Under the pieces are notes generated by a model, which saw only the letters and a list, made by a program, of their open reading frames with translations, did not search any database and was not told where the DNA came from. 64,000 nt of DNA from Magallana gigas (lineage: Eukaryota): NCBI RefSeq assembly GCF_963853765.1, contig NC_088859.1, positions 36,084,001-36,148,000 of the forward strand, written 5' to 3'. Positions 1 through 13,266 of the stretch are shown here, one piece after another. Every line of letters starts with the position of its first letter. Position 1 is the first letter of the stretch. The translations under genes were made by a program, and so were the position numbers.

Positions 1-217
1 TATATATGAAGAGAGTTTTCAGTTGTTTATTGATTTCTTAGACATTCTTGTGTATGAAACTTGATGCATTCATTGGCGTTACTACCTCATTATGATTCAA
101 CATGTAATACTAATTTCAACCTAAGCCATATGTGGTACTTATTCTTTGAGTTTACAATAATCATAGTTTGATTTTGTTAGAGTGTATCAGGTTTTCATGA
201 AATTGTCCTTATTCCAG

Positions 218-1616
218 ATATTCCATAAGTCTGATGCCGTAGAGAGAATGATTAATGGAGATATACCCAATGTCCGGTGTACAGGAGAACTCAGGGAATT
301 TATAATGAATATCAGAACACGGCCATTAGAGGTTTGTTACAGAATGATGTTCTATATTGCAATAAATAAAATTAATACTAATAAAACTGTCATTTATAAT
401 ATGATTAGATTGTTAAAAAGTAGATTTTGGTGTTCCTTACTGTATGGTTGGTACAGTACCAACCAGACCCAATTTAACACCAGGGCAGACCCCAACTAAG
501 TCCTGGTTTTACCGGTACCGTTGGGGTTAATTTACTCGGGGTACGATTTTTGGAAATTTGCATCCACTGGGAGTTTACTTTTGGTCCACTCGGGGTAACT
601 TTGGGTTTACTCAGGGGTTGCTTTTGAGGTCCACTTTACTCACTGAGGTGTGAAGCAGACCTGTCTTTTATCTTAGCACCTTACCGCCTGTAATCCCTTC
701 CCCTTGTACCGGTATATTCCAAATACACATGAAGCATCTGCCTCTGATCAGGGTTTACTCTCTGTGTCCACTCTGGGTTTACTTTTGGTTTACTCAAGGT
801 TAACTCTTCGTCTGATCTTGTAAACCCAGAGTAAACTCCAAGCAGACCTCAAAAGTAAACCCAGGGTTTAGTTGAGGTCTACTTTCTGTTATGGTGGATC
901 TGATCTGTATTGTATGTAGTTAATGAAGGAGGTTGGATGGTCAAAAGATTACAAATCAGATATGAAAAAAGGATAGCTCGAAATAGGTTACGTGTGACAC
1001 TGATATGTGTCATGAATTTGACCCTGCAACTCCCGTATAGGTCAAAGTCAAATAAACGCAGTAAAATACACATGTATGTCCAATTCAATATGTTGTGATT
1101 TAAAAACATGTTATGCTTTTATGTGGAACATTCCAGTTTAAACATACTGCTTTACCGTTAAATTCAAATCTTTAAAATAAAGATTGTTTTGTTGATGAAG
1201 GCAAAGGTCATTTTATTAATTATTTGGTCTATAATTTTTTTGAAGAGAGGTGTGGGCATTTTGATATGTGTATTTGCATAAGAATGCTCAAGTGTCATAT
1301 CAATACGTAATTTTTAAACATAACTTTTTTTCTTTGTACATGTAGTACATGAAATTAACCTCATTTTGTTTTTAAAATAAAGATAACCTGACCTGGAGTG
1401 GGGTTTTTTTCTTTGTAAAATTCAGCTCTAATTGGATTTCTTATGTTTTAGAATGAATATGACCGCAATGTTCTGCTTACAAAGGCCAAACAAAAGATTG
1501 ATGGACTTCTGACAAGTCTTGCAGCCAGGAAAACTCGTCTGAAAGAGAACATGGATTTCTGTGCAGTGACTGAGTGGTTACTACGTGTCCGAGGTCTGAA
1601 CTGTCCCAGTGTCTGA
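218..1616 (+). CDS. Last two coding exons of an unidentified gene entering from the left edge
   Basis: Exon 218-331 (ttccag|ATA...GAG|gtttgt, 114 nt, phase 0) joins exon 1452-1616 (ttttag|AAT...GTC TGA). Product: IFHKSDAVERMINGDIPNVRCTGELREFIMNIRTRPLE-NEYDRNVLLTKAKQKIDGLLTSLAARKTRLKENMDFCAVTEWLLRVRGLNCPSV*. Family not recognised. Confidence 0.7.
455..880. repeat. Degenerate repeat element with internal direct and inverted GGGTTTACT/AGTAAACCC motifs, in an intron
   Basis: gggtttact recurs near 603, 752 and 775; the inverse gtaaaccc occurs near 820 and 855. GC content is higher than the flanks. Ends not resolved. Confidence 0.4.
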
Positions 1617-2723
1617 GGCATTGTGTAGGTTACAGTGGATATTGAAAATGTTAGTCCATGTACTGGTATATATCATGATTCAAAACTTAAACAATGAAAT
1701 GAAATTCTGTGGCTCCAGTATTCAATAGTCATTGAATACAGGTATCAAGGTCTTCTTTTTCAGATTTTGCCCATCGCTTGGCGTAATCTTCAACAGAATT
1801 CATGATATATATAAAATTACGACGCCATGTGAAGGATCTAGGCTCCCCACAATTTTCATTGTTGGGTTAATCCATGAAATTAAATGATCATCAAAGGGGA
1901 ATATCTAATAACACTTTATGTAATGATGGGGTCATTGTCCATGAATTTACGTATCCTTGAAACTTTGATTTCCATTTAATCCACAAAAACTGATTCCCGT
2001 GATTATATATTGATGAAACCACAGAATCAGAATATGTCTAGTGCAATAAATTCTACCCTATTTGTTTAGTCTGAAATGTTCATATTTGTTTCAGACAAAC
2101 TAAAGGGTTTTTGAGGAACATGCTTATAAATGTACTTATATTTTCAATTTCTGTTATAAATTATTGTTTTGTATTCATTTGATAGACTTTAAATAGATTT
2201 ATCTTTTATATTTCTTTTTCTTTTAAATAGTATCATTATAAATTCATATCAAAGACTGTTTTTGAATGATTAATTTTAAATTATTATATCAACAAGCATC
2301 ATACACATTAATTAAACTTTAATTTACTAGCCAAGGCTAAGAGAATAGTTTTGGGTAGAGTGTTGAGAGAGAAAATGGAAAAAATAAAAGAAACGCAAAA
2401 AAACAGGTTTTTTTTTTATCAATATATTAGTCAACTGCAACAAACAACGATAAAAAAAACCGTTATATGTAAATTTTCATTTTGTACAAACTCTAGGGGT
2501 TTCATTATGTGCCAGACAAACTTGGTCTAATCCAGTGGAAATTTTCACTCTTGAGGCAATATCCAAAAACACACACAGACAAACTGGCCAATGGTTTTGT
2601 TCATCAATGTTTGTTTATTTTTTTAATCAAATTTTCTATTGGTCTTTTTTTCCCTTTTCGTCCACGGGAATTTAGTATTCTCTTGAAAAAAGTCAAATTT
2701 AATATCAGTTTTGGTTAAATGGG

Positions 2724-4442
2724 TCAATATTTGGCTGTGTACTCCGGTGGGGCGCTGCTGATGGGGGGTGGGCTGGCAACTGGGAACCAGGCCTGCTCCT
2801 TTGTCCTCCCACCAATGGACGGGGTGTAATCCCGGCCCAGGGAGTGAGTGTTCTTCTCGGGATTCAGCTCAGTGCGAGAGTCGCTAATCTTCTTCTTGCA
2901 GCATTTCACGCGAATTATGCTGTAAAAGATGAAGGAATAAATACAAACTGTATTTTTTTTTTCAAAGTTGAACAAAAAAAATCGAATTGATTTAAGAGGG
3001 TTAGATGGTCTTTTCCATTTTTAAGACTAGATGTAATATAATACCGGTACATGTACATGAATTCATAATTTTGAGAGGAAGAGTTCTGTATGATAAGATA
3101 ATATTCAAATTTTATTTACAATATTTGGGGTTTTTTTTGGGGGGGGGTATTAAGTAAAAGTTTATGACCTAAGAAAGCGTATCAACAATTTTAAGGTAGA
3201 ATTGATGTGTACTAATTGACCACCCAGCCTCCTTATTATACTACATACCAGCCGACGACGATGCCGACGACAGTCAGGGCGACGACAAGGATGACGATTT
3301 TGACGATCATCGAGTGACGCTTCTTCCGGCGACAGTCGTCCTTGTCCTTCCTGTTGGATTTCTTGTCACAGTCATCATCGTCGTCATCTCGTTCTAGATA
3401 TTAAGAAAAAGAAGGCGATAATGATGTGAAGAAATGTACATCATAGATTCAAAATCATTAAATAATTATGTTTATTTATTATTTACGATGGCTCAATTTT
3501 CCCAAACAGTGAAGAAAATGTTGCATGCGCTGATCCAGATAAATTGTCAAGGGGGAGGGGGGGGGGGGTCGCGGGATATATTTGTTTGTCAAAGGATGGG
3601 GGGGGTCTTTACTAAATGAATTTAATGAGTTTGAATTTTAGAGGGGGGAGGGGTCTGGTTCCCACTGATATTACCCCTAGATCCGCGCATGTTTTGAGAT
3701 TGATCTGCTAGCTGCCTGAATGAATAGATTACCTGCTTTTATGCAGACCTTCCCCGACCCCCCGGAGGTAACTGTGCAGCACTTGTCCCCAGCTGTGGAG
3801 CACTGAGTGTCATCGGTACAGATCGGCAGAGAGCCGTTCGATCCCGTGGCGGGAACCGTATCCGGGCATTCTACGGACAAAAACAAATTGAAATTATGTA
3901 TAGTGATATTCAGTATTCAAAATAGAATAAAACATCTTTACACTCAAAATGAAAAGCTGATAAGTAACTTCTGTATATTTTCAAAATAAGAATTATTTAT
4001 TCTTAAGTATAAGTCTTAAGTTCTTTATAAGTATTTTCAAATAAGAAAAATATTTAGTATTTATATTAAGTATTCTTACTAGGCCTACATAGATTACGAT
4101 TACACATACAAGAGCCTTTATTGTGTGTAAAGAACGTTGGTAAAATGTTTGCAACTAAAATGAAAAATGATAGCGAAAATGCCTTTCAATTGGTTGTGAT
4201 TCTTACCTAGGTGAGAAGATGCAGCAATCTCACCTGAAAAATATCAATGTATATATGCAAAATTCAATTTATACTAGAAATTCATTTCTAAAATTAATTT
4301 GTAGATTATTCAATTTCTCTTTTGTTTTCAGATAGAGACATACATTTCCATTTGAAAAAAAAATCGATAAATTAAAATGTATCTTTTAATACTTACCGAC
4401 AAGGAAAATAATCACACAGAAAGCGAGTGTTTTAAACTCCAT
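2724..4442 (-). CDS. Cluster gene A: 183-aa type-I membrane protein (signal peptide, 6-Cys WAP/STMC6-like domain, poly-Asp/basic stalk, TM, PPxY tail)
   Basis: Exons 4397-4442, 4207-4233, 3733-3870, 3249-3393, 2724-2919; all GT-AG, total 552 nt in frame. MEFKTLAFCVIIFLVGEIAASSHLECPDTVPATGSNGSLPICTDDTQCSTAGDKCCTVTSGGSGKVCIKAERDDDDDDCDKKSNRKDKDDCRRKKRHSMIVKIVILVVALTVVGIVVGCIIRVKCCKKK...SAPPEYTAKY*. Confidence 0.88.
3524..3691. mobile_element. G/C-run MITE with CATGCGC(G)GATC termini in gene A intron 3
   Basis: catgcgctgatccag ... ctagatccgcgcatg; same termini as the 13896-14069 element. No clear TSD. Confidence 0.6.
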
Positions 4443-6760
4443 GCCTCACAGATATCTCCCGCGTAATGATAGACTATGCTAACAAGCTAGAGTTCAAAAA
4501 TACCCGAATACACGATCAACAGAAAAAATTCTTTGTTAATGTATTGACAGTCTTTAAGGTTCACGGATTAAAAAGGACAACTTCGTGCCTCCGATAAATC
4601 GTTTACCATTATACATTCATCAATGGATCTTTAAAAAGATTTTAAAACATATATTCCAACTTCGTGCGATTAGGCAAATAGTTCTTTATACACTGATCGA
4701 TTACACATATAATGCTGCTTATTGGCGTTTGAATCGTCCTTGTTCGGAAAATCACGTAATCTTTTTAATGAGGTTATATCTATTGGGTAGTTTGATAAAA
4801 ATCGATGTTGTAATAGTTGAATACAAAGAAGTCTTTGTTATTCCACTGAATGTATGATAAGCATCCATTTATTATTTAAATGCGGGTTCAATAATATTAT
4901 GAAATATGATGCAGGTTCAGAAAAGGGGATAAAAGCTTGATTTTTCCTTAAAATTTGAGTACTGTAAACTGGAATACTTTACGTTGTTTAAATTTACTAT
5001 ATTCGCGATTGGACAAATGTTCCGCGAAAATTTAGTCATTGTGAATACATTGTCATGTGATTTCAAATTTTTATCACCTAAATTCATCTAGCCTGTAATA
5101 ATGAATAATAACATGTACCAGGTCTTGCATTTCTCTCAAGATCACAGTAGCACTTGCTTAACCATTGCTGTCTGTCGTCAATCCTGCGATAGGCGTCGTT
5201 CGTCGTTAGTTACTTATCAATTAAACATAATAACGGACATGACAACATACATTCTTCCATAGAATGCTTAGACACATGTATATCCCCCCAAGGTCGTTTT
5301 TAAAATATATCCTTTTTCAGTCCTTGGATTCTCGCAGACAAACTATAGGTTATAAAGAGCGAGAAGGCCTCTGCCGCAATAAAATATTCATAACCCCTTT
5401 GATTCAGGTTCTTGGATTTAGGGCGGCACAATATACTGTATAGACCATGCATTATACACAAGTCTCCACTCTAGCGAGGGCATCTTACAGACAACAAAAT
5501 GCGTGTTTACGATAGGTAGAGATGCTTGTAAAATTACATGTAATTCGTGGTTCCAATAGAAGCTTGTTTCTGACGATTGGCATAATAAGTCTGATTGGTC
5601 TTATACACTGTACATAGCAGAATAATTGTTGCTTTATGAGGGCTAATGATGAGATATCTATCATTCTCACCCTATATCCTCTCTTGATCCGCTCTCTATT
5701 AGATTTTGGATATAACGAAGATTAATCAAACGCATGTATTACTTCAAATAATTAATGCTATGACGTACACAATGTCAGAAAATCAGTGAAATATTCGTAA
5801 AATTGAACGTAAACAAAGTTCTAAAAATCCACTTCCACTGGACTTTTATAATACATCGCAAAACAATGTGTTTTAAAAAAAAACCAAAACGAAAATAATC
5901 TCTTTGAAATCTAATACGTGTACTATATTTGCTTCAACAAATAATTTCGTTTCAGTTTATAAGCAAATCCCATTAGTACTTTCAGTACTTTGATATTTTA
6001 TCTTTGCTTACATTCCACCTCTAAATCAGCTACATATTTTTTTTATATTTTGCTCTACCAGATATTGATTATTGAATTACCATTGTGTACATACTTCAAA
6101 GGATTGTTTACACAAATACCCCACGTGTGTTTTATTCATATGATATCATGTGTCAGTAACGTTTTCTAGATACATGTATGAATATAGAAATCATTATTTT
6201 GCAATTTAGTCTTTCTATTCTAATATTTCTGTAGTGAACAAAAATCAATAAGACAACAAGGCATGGCCTTTTCTAGGAATTCTAACAATGTATCTGAAGT
6301 TTACATTATTACATGTATGGTTTTCCAGAATATACGGTAACGAAGACGTTGCAAAGTATACTTTGATTTGTAATTTATATAAGTATACACATGCAAAATA
6401 ATTTTATAATACCATATGTCACAATACTCTAGCTTTGCAAAAATGGCATTATTGCAAAGCCTTGTGTGTAAAATATAATTATCCTCTACACGTTGGCTAT
6501 ACCTTCATATTCCATACGGACAAAGAAGCCATTTTATTGATTAAATATATAATCATTCCAGCAGTTACACAGTTTCAGATTAGCAAAATCTTTCATAACG
6601 CATATTAAGTCAAGATCAAAGTGTCTTTTCGCAATTATTTTACTCGGTGAACACCATTAAAACACGTTTTTATTATCGACAGATACATGTTTTCAAAAAT
6701 AATTTCTCAACACAAAAGAAGTAAGAGTGAAAAAGTGAAAAATAAAGACGTAAAAAATAA

Positions 6761-8274
6761 TCAATATCTAATTTTTTCGTCCTGATTTGCAGTTTGTTTG
6801 TATTTGGGTGGCGGATCTACGGTATAAGCGGGAGGAGCGGACGGTGCCATGAAGTAGGGAGGGGGTGGAGAAGTGTCCATCCAGTTGTGTGGGGTTTTCT
6901 CCTTTTTACAAGGTTTATCCTCGTCTGTTGACTTTGATTTGACGGTATAATCTGAAGCTCGACCTTTCATTCCCCCACTCACTGTATTTAGATCCGTTCG
7001 AGAATTTCCTATTTTACTGCGGGCACGTGTACAGAACTTTCGGATAAAACTGTAAAAAAGAATGATATACAATGTAAAACGATTTAATTTTGTTTCTGAC
7101 TTAATACAGCCAGTTTCATAGAAGCCCATATTTGTTATTGGAAGATCCCTACGTCAACTTTCTCTATACAATTACATTTATTAACCAAACCCCTTACAGG
7201 TCTGCCCTAAACTTGAAAAATGACTTTTTTGGCAATTAACTGTCATATGGTAAAGAAAAATCCAAACATTTTACAGCATAAAAATTTGAACATTTTCCCC
7301 ATGTCTTTAAAGTTTGTACAGAACTCTCCGTGTAATGGAGGTAAAGATAGCCTATTAATGGCCACGACCATCAATCTCTCATATAAACTACATAAAGTTA
7401 GAATACTCACGTCAACATAACAATGATAAACAACACAACTATAAGAAAGATGGCTGTTATAATCAGAGGATGGACGTAGGTATGTCGGTGGCACTTTGAT
7501 TTTCTCTTCTTGTAGTCGGACCCTTTCTCTTCATCGTCACAATCATCATCATCGTCGTCGTCATCTTTTTTCGTATATTTGTCTAGTCAAAAAATAACGA
7601 GAGGCTCTAAAGATAGTTTATGTGTCTGTGTTTTATTAGAGCATATATATTTTAACGTTCATAGTTTAAATGCACAGTATGATTTTTTTTAATACTTGAA
7701 ATACATTTTCATTCTCTTTTTCAAATAAAAATTTGATTTAATTTAAATTTAGTATTATATTCAATCGTTAAAATTAGAAGAAGAAAAAAGAATCACATTG
7801 CAACACCTGCATGCAATTAACAGAATCAAAGCATATGGTTTATTTTCTCTAAATATATACAACGATATCAAATATCTGAATTTACCGGATTCTTAACACA
7901 GTCATATTAGTTTCTGTACATGGATCTTTGTGATTCTTTATCAAGCTTTATATGACATAACTCAATTCATCATGTAACGCACTACATATATACTGTGTAG
8001 TTCTCTACATATATGATTATATGTACCTTGGTCCACCGTGTCGAGACACCGCGGGCCGCTGGGAGTTCTACAACACTTCTCCTCCTGTCCACACTCCCCA
8101 TCACTCAGACAAAGGGGGGCTTTGTTCAGTTCATCCGGGTCCATTAGCTGGACCTTGTCCGAGGACGGACATCTCTCTCTACGGCTCGCTGTAAATGTGG
8201 GTTAAAAGTAATTGTTATTTGTTCCTTTAACGATAACAAAGAAACGATTGAAAATATGAGTTCATAACATAATA

Positions 8275-8329
<55 letters not shown>

Positions 8330-8475
8330 GTCAGCTGACTTTAGAATAAAGTATAACCATAAATAAAATAAGGAAATAAACACAAATCTTAATGTAATTT
8401 AAATAGAATATATAGCATACCTTGTACATTTCCGAAAACGAAAGCCAAAACGCAGGAAATCAAGAGGACCTTCAT
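6761..8475 (-). CDS. Cluster gene B: 225-aa type-I membrane protein (6-Cys domain, poly-Asp stalk, TM, three PPxY motifs)
   Basis: Exons 8421-8475, 8027-8188, 7411-7582, 6761-7049 (678 nt, phases 1,1,2). MKVLLISCVLAFVFGNVQASRRERCPSSDKVQLMDPDELNKAPLCLSDGECGQEEKCCRTPSGPRCLD...KKDDDDDDDDCDDEEK...KCHRHTYVHPLIITAIFLIVVLFIIVMLTFIRKFC...PPPPY...PPAY...PPPKY... Confidence 0.88.
8278..8327. repeat. (GA)n microsatellite in gene B intron 1
   Basis: Uninterrupted ga dinucleotide run. Confidence 0.95.
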
Positions 8476-9792
8476 TTCAAAAACATACCTTAAACCCCTC
8501 TGAAGCTATCCATTTCAGAATTATTGGCAGATCATCAACGAAAATAATTAGTTGCAAATAAAAAATTAAAGGGAAAAGAGATCGATATTGGCTCAATATA
8601 TTTTCATTATCCTTGAAATAACCCCGTTTTTATGTGTCAAATCTCGATATGCATGATGTTTCACAATACCTGCAAAAATAAATAAAGTGTGGATGGCATG
8701 TTTATTTTATTCAGACAGAATCAATACACTTAAGATTTTTTTAAAGGTACGTAATGTGTATTTGCCACTCGCCAAATCGGTAAAACCGAGTGCATTATCT
8801 AGAACATTTTCTTGAACATTTTCTTGGCAGTCATCCAAGAAACGTGACGGAGTTGATAAAAAATAAGTACTTAAAAACATTGCAATTGTATTGTGAAAGA
8901 TGCTCTTAAATTATACAAAAGAGGGTTTTGCCCTGTCGTGTTTCAGGCTAGTGTTCTTCAACCATATCGTAACAATATATATTGCGCTAAAAATATTTTC
9001 ATCTTTTGAAAACAACAATGCAACATATTAAGGTCATAAATGAATTAATGATGAAAAATAAATTATTTATTGAAAATCTAAATGGGGCTTGGTGGTCGTG
9101 GCTAATTTTGGGCTATATGAATTTTATTTTAGAAGAAGAAGTTTGTATAAAAACATAAGAAATATTAAAATATTAAATATAAATCATCAGGAATTTTTAT
9201 TTACTTAATAGTTTATTGCTGAAGAAATCGTGTCTAAAACTAGATGATTAATCTGTTGATCATCAATTCTGCTGAAAGTTTAAGGACTAAGTTATTTAGT
9301 GATACCCCGGCCAAGATTGATCTCGCATCCAGTTACGACTCAATTGTTTTCTGGATATTATAAATCACTAGAAAATTCCTTTAACTATTATTTACTCCAG
9401 TGTCAAGGTCTTATAAAGAGTGTTGATTTGGCATCATTGATGTCATGTGTCCTTGACTTGAAAAGGTAACCCGCCTTTTAACACTTACACTTAAATAAAA
9501 TATAGACAAAACATATAAACTATGGCATACTTTATTTGTCATTCTGTACACTTGTTTCATAATAAGTACTCAAACTACCCTGTCCTGCAGGGTTTAGATC
9601 GCCTGTTCGTTAATGACACCTAGGGTCTACAAATCCTCATGTTAATCTCAGCTTGAATAAAAAGTAAAAGTACAAGTTCAAGGTTCGATGCTCCAGTTGT
9701 AATGAAGACCTTCTTTAATTACTTTCATTAAGTATAAACATACAATTTAAAATCAGAACCGAGAAAAGTCAAATCAATGTCAGGTTTTGACA

Positions 9793-11139
9793 TTATATAC
9801 GATCCTTTTCCTCCTCCAGTTTCTTATAGGGAGGGTCAGACTTTACGAATACTTCAGGGGAGAAGTCGAGCCCCAGAAACCCTTTCATGGTCGATTTGTC
9901 GGGAACGGGGGCGAAAGTTCCGGGGGTGTATGTGTTTTTCTTGGCAGCTTCTGCTGCTTTTCTCATGCGCTGTCTTCGTCGGCGAATGCAGCTACAAGAA
10001 ATAATACACACAAATTATTATTACGTTGTCTCTATTTTTTCATCGAATATACATTCTTCATTAATAAAATCATTTGAATACTTCAGTACTATACATACCA
10101 GGCAACAATGGCGACGATTGTGATGAGAACCACCAATCCGACGATAGGAGCAGCGATCTTCATGATTTTGTGGATCCTTTTATGATGATGACACCTCATG
10201 CGATGTTTTTTATGATGATTTTTATGATGTTCCTCATCAGCAAAGCGGTCCGTCTCGAATACTTTGTCCTCTTTCTCGTGATGGTCATCGTCATCATCAT
10301 CATCATCGTCATCGCATTCGTAGTCTTCTCCCTCCTTTCCCATGAGCTTCATCTTCATCTCTTCCCAAAATGACTTCTCCTCCTCTGCCGAAAGTTCCTC
10401 ACCTAAGCAATAACGATAAAAGAAAAAGTTGTTTTGAAATTCTAGATAATAATCAAATCTTTCAATGTTTTGAAATGGCCTTTAGGTCAGTCTAGTGAAT
10501 TTTGATCTTTAGATTTATTTGTTATATTTGTCCCGAGGATTTGGAATGGGTGTCATTTCATCTCAGTTTACGTGATGCAAGAAACACGCCTTTGTTCCAG
10601 TCTACTTACCGTCCATTCGTGGCCTGATGCAGAATTTTTTGCCGCTCTTTGGACAAGGACAGCACATCAGCCCCTCCGGACAGTATGGTTTCTCTGCTCT
10701 GCATGGCTTAGGTTTTAACATATACTCAAGCATCGAGAATTCTCGGGGACATTTCCCCTTTGCAGGATCTGGAATCAATCAAATAAAAAGAAATAAGAAC
10801 ACATACTGGGTAGATCTTATGTTTCGACGACAGTGCCAAATGATATGTCGATAGTATATATAAGGACGTCACTCAAATCTTAAATGATAAGACTATCATT
10901 CTACAGCGTGTTTTACTGGAAATCGATAAATAAATAAATAAAATACGTATTTTTGTTTTTGTTTATAATTTATATTGTATAATATAATATTATGAAAATA
11001 ATACTATTATAAATAAATATATAAATAATATAATATAAATAATAATAATATAACAAATTTCATTACCTGGAGTTGGATCCTGTGAATAACACAGCCCAAC
11101 AATGACCACAGCGACGAGGAGCGAGAATGTGTGCTTCAT
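9793..11139 (-). CDS. Cluster gene C: 244-aa type-I membrane protein (WAP-like 7-Cys domain, Asp- and His-rich stalk, TM, YxxL tail)
   Basis: Exons 11067-11139, 10610-10768, 10099-10402, 9793-9991 (735 nt, phases 1,1,2). MKHTFSLLVAVVIVGLCYSQDPTPDPAKGKCPREFSMLEYMLKPKPCRAEKPYCPEGLMCCPCPKSGKKFCIRP...YECDDDDDDDDDHHEK...HHKNHHKKHRMRCHHHKRIHKIMKIAAPIVGLVVLITIVAIVACCIRRRR...DPPYKKLEEEKDRI*. Confidence 0.88.
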
Positions 11140-11185
11140 GGCTGTAGAGAGTCGTCTGCTGGATTTAACGATCGGCTGCGGCTTA

Positions 11186-11193
11186 TATTTATA
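11186..11193 (-). promoter_or_regulatory. Probable TATA box of cluster gene C
   Basis: TATAAATA on the - strand ~47 nt upstream of the ATG at 11139. Confidence 0.5.
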
Positions 11194-11550
11194 TGTAGGT
11201 AATGGAATTTACGTACCCGACCTGTATATCCAGAATGTGCAGCCAGATGGAACAGGAAGCAAGCTTACTAGGGTACGGATTCGTGATCTTCACACAATGA
11301 GGAACTATTTTTAAAGGGATCCATTACATAGCGCCGATAAAACGAGGACTGTTTGGGGTTTTGATAAGCTTGTATTTACATTTAACAAAAATGAAATAAG
11401 AAGTTTTAAGTACTAGGGACCCCCCCCCCCCCCGTCCCAAGCACGACGAAGCTCATCATCCATGTTATAGATTGTCATACCGAAGTAAGGAAATAAATGT
11501 TACTAGATATTTTATTCATTACAAAATGCTTCGTTGATAATTAGAATGTA

Positions 11551-12639
11551 CGAAAGCCCATTGAGCTCATTTTCGTAGGTAAAAAAAATTTTTTTTTCAC
11601 GAAATAACGCGAAACTTTCGCGAATAAACTCGTAGCTATCGCGATATAACGCGTAACTTTCGCGAATAAACGCGAAAATTACGCGATATAACGCGTTATT
11701 TTCGCGAATAAACGCAAAATTTTTGCGAATAAACGCGAAACTTAAATATAAATATTGTTATTTCATAAAAGAACCCCTTTGAAGAATAATTACTGAAAAC
11801 AAATATGCTAATTTGAATAAAACAAAATGATATTATATAAAGATGTAAATAAATTAGATTTAACCATATACAAATTAACATAACTTCAAACGTAGGAAAT
11901 CTTTAAAATCTTAGTACTGATTTTCAAAGGACACAATGCATCGCGCTTCTCACATTCTAATGGGCGCTGTATTATTGAAAATGAGGCAGCAACATATTTT
12001 ATTCATATAACAATTTTAATTCGAATTAAACGTTTTATTAAGTATCATTCAAGAATTTAAAGGATATCATTGTTTAAAACGTTATAATATATGTTATATC
12101 GCCGCGACATAGTTAACGTCTAGTTTAATATCAGAAAGATAAGTCAAGCTGTGAATTAAAATTTTTAAGATAATCAGTTCGAACACAGGGTCGGCAAACA
12201 AATGAAAATTGTAATATGATGCTCAAACTTATTATCTATCTTGGACATATAACATATAAAAATATTATAAAGTTTTATCAGATTTATTATTATCTATATG
12301 CAAAAAAGATAATTTTTTCTTCATAAATCAACGTAACACGGATATCATAATAATAATGAATAATAAGTATTTTATGATATAAAACTTAAAATGTGTTTGT
12401 TTTCAATCGTTTTTCTTCATAAGGGTTTTGTATGAAATGATGATATTTATATAATGGTTTCGCGTTAATTCGCGAAAGTTACGCTTTTATTTGCGAAACT
12501 AACGCGTTATATCGCGAAAATTTTGCGTTTCTTCGCGCAAGTTTCGCGTTTATTCGCGACACTAACGCGTTATATCGCGAAAGTTTCGCGTTTATCGAAA
12601 AAAAAATTAACCTACGAAAATGAGCTCAATGGGCTTTCG
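11551..12639. mobile_element. Foldback-like non-autonomous DNA transposon with long modular TIRs and TA TSD
   Basis: TA|cgaaagcccattgagctcattttcgtagg ... cctacgaaaatgagctcaatgggctttcg|TA. Subterminal tandem ttcgcgaataaacgcgaaa units are mirrored at both ends; the core is AT-rich and non-coding. Confidence 0.88.
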
Positions 12640-13112
12640 TAAGATTAAGACCAAAATATCAATTTTTGATGAAAACCATTCATGTACACTTTATCTATTG
12701 TTCCTGGCTTTTAATACTTAAAGTTCCAAGCGTAATTTATTCGTTTGCAATGTGTATGGTGTCCCGATAGGGCCATTTGCAAAAGTGTAACAACGCGCTA
12801 GCCCTTGATATGTTTGATATGGGAGAATCATATTTTAAAAACATATTTTAACTCAAGTATCGTATTATTAATTCACATTAGTTGAAGTATCCTGCAATAT
12901 TTAAATTTTTTAGTGCCACTGACATTTTAACAGTCTTTGTGAAAACACTACGAATTGTCTTTGTACATGTAATGTACATTCCAATTAAAGTTTACATGAC
13001 GTATTGTTGGGTTGCAAGCGGGGTTTGCATAATTAAAAGAAATGAAAATCATCATAAATATATCAATATTCCAATGATTAATTGTACAGTTGCTGAAAAA
13101 TTATTTAAATAT

Positions 13113-13266
13113 AATAAGGAATCATTCTTTAAAACTAGTATTATGAGGTGATAATTTGAGTCGAGGCGTGATCAAATCTATCATAAAAACCTTCGAGATT
13201 GATTCGATTTGACCACGCCTCGACCAAAATTATCAACTCTTAGTACCCAAAGAATGATTCCTTATT
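13113..13266. mobile_element. Palindromic MITE (TIR aataaggaatcattcttt)
   Basis: aataaggaatcattcttt ... aaagaatgattccttatt with an internal inverted gaggcgtg(a/g)tcaaatc. A partial related copy lies at ~54030-54105. Confidence 0.75.

Noticed and set aside
9777-10373. + strand ORFs, including a hydrophobic Met/Ile-rich 99-aa ORF
   Set aside because: They are the antisense shadow of gene C's Asp/His codons; the - strand model has proper splice sites and paralog support.
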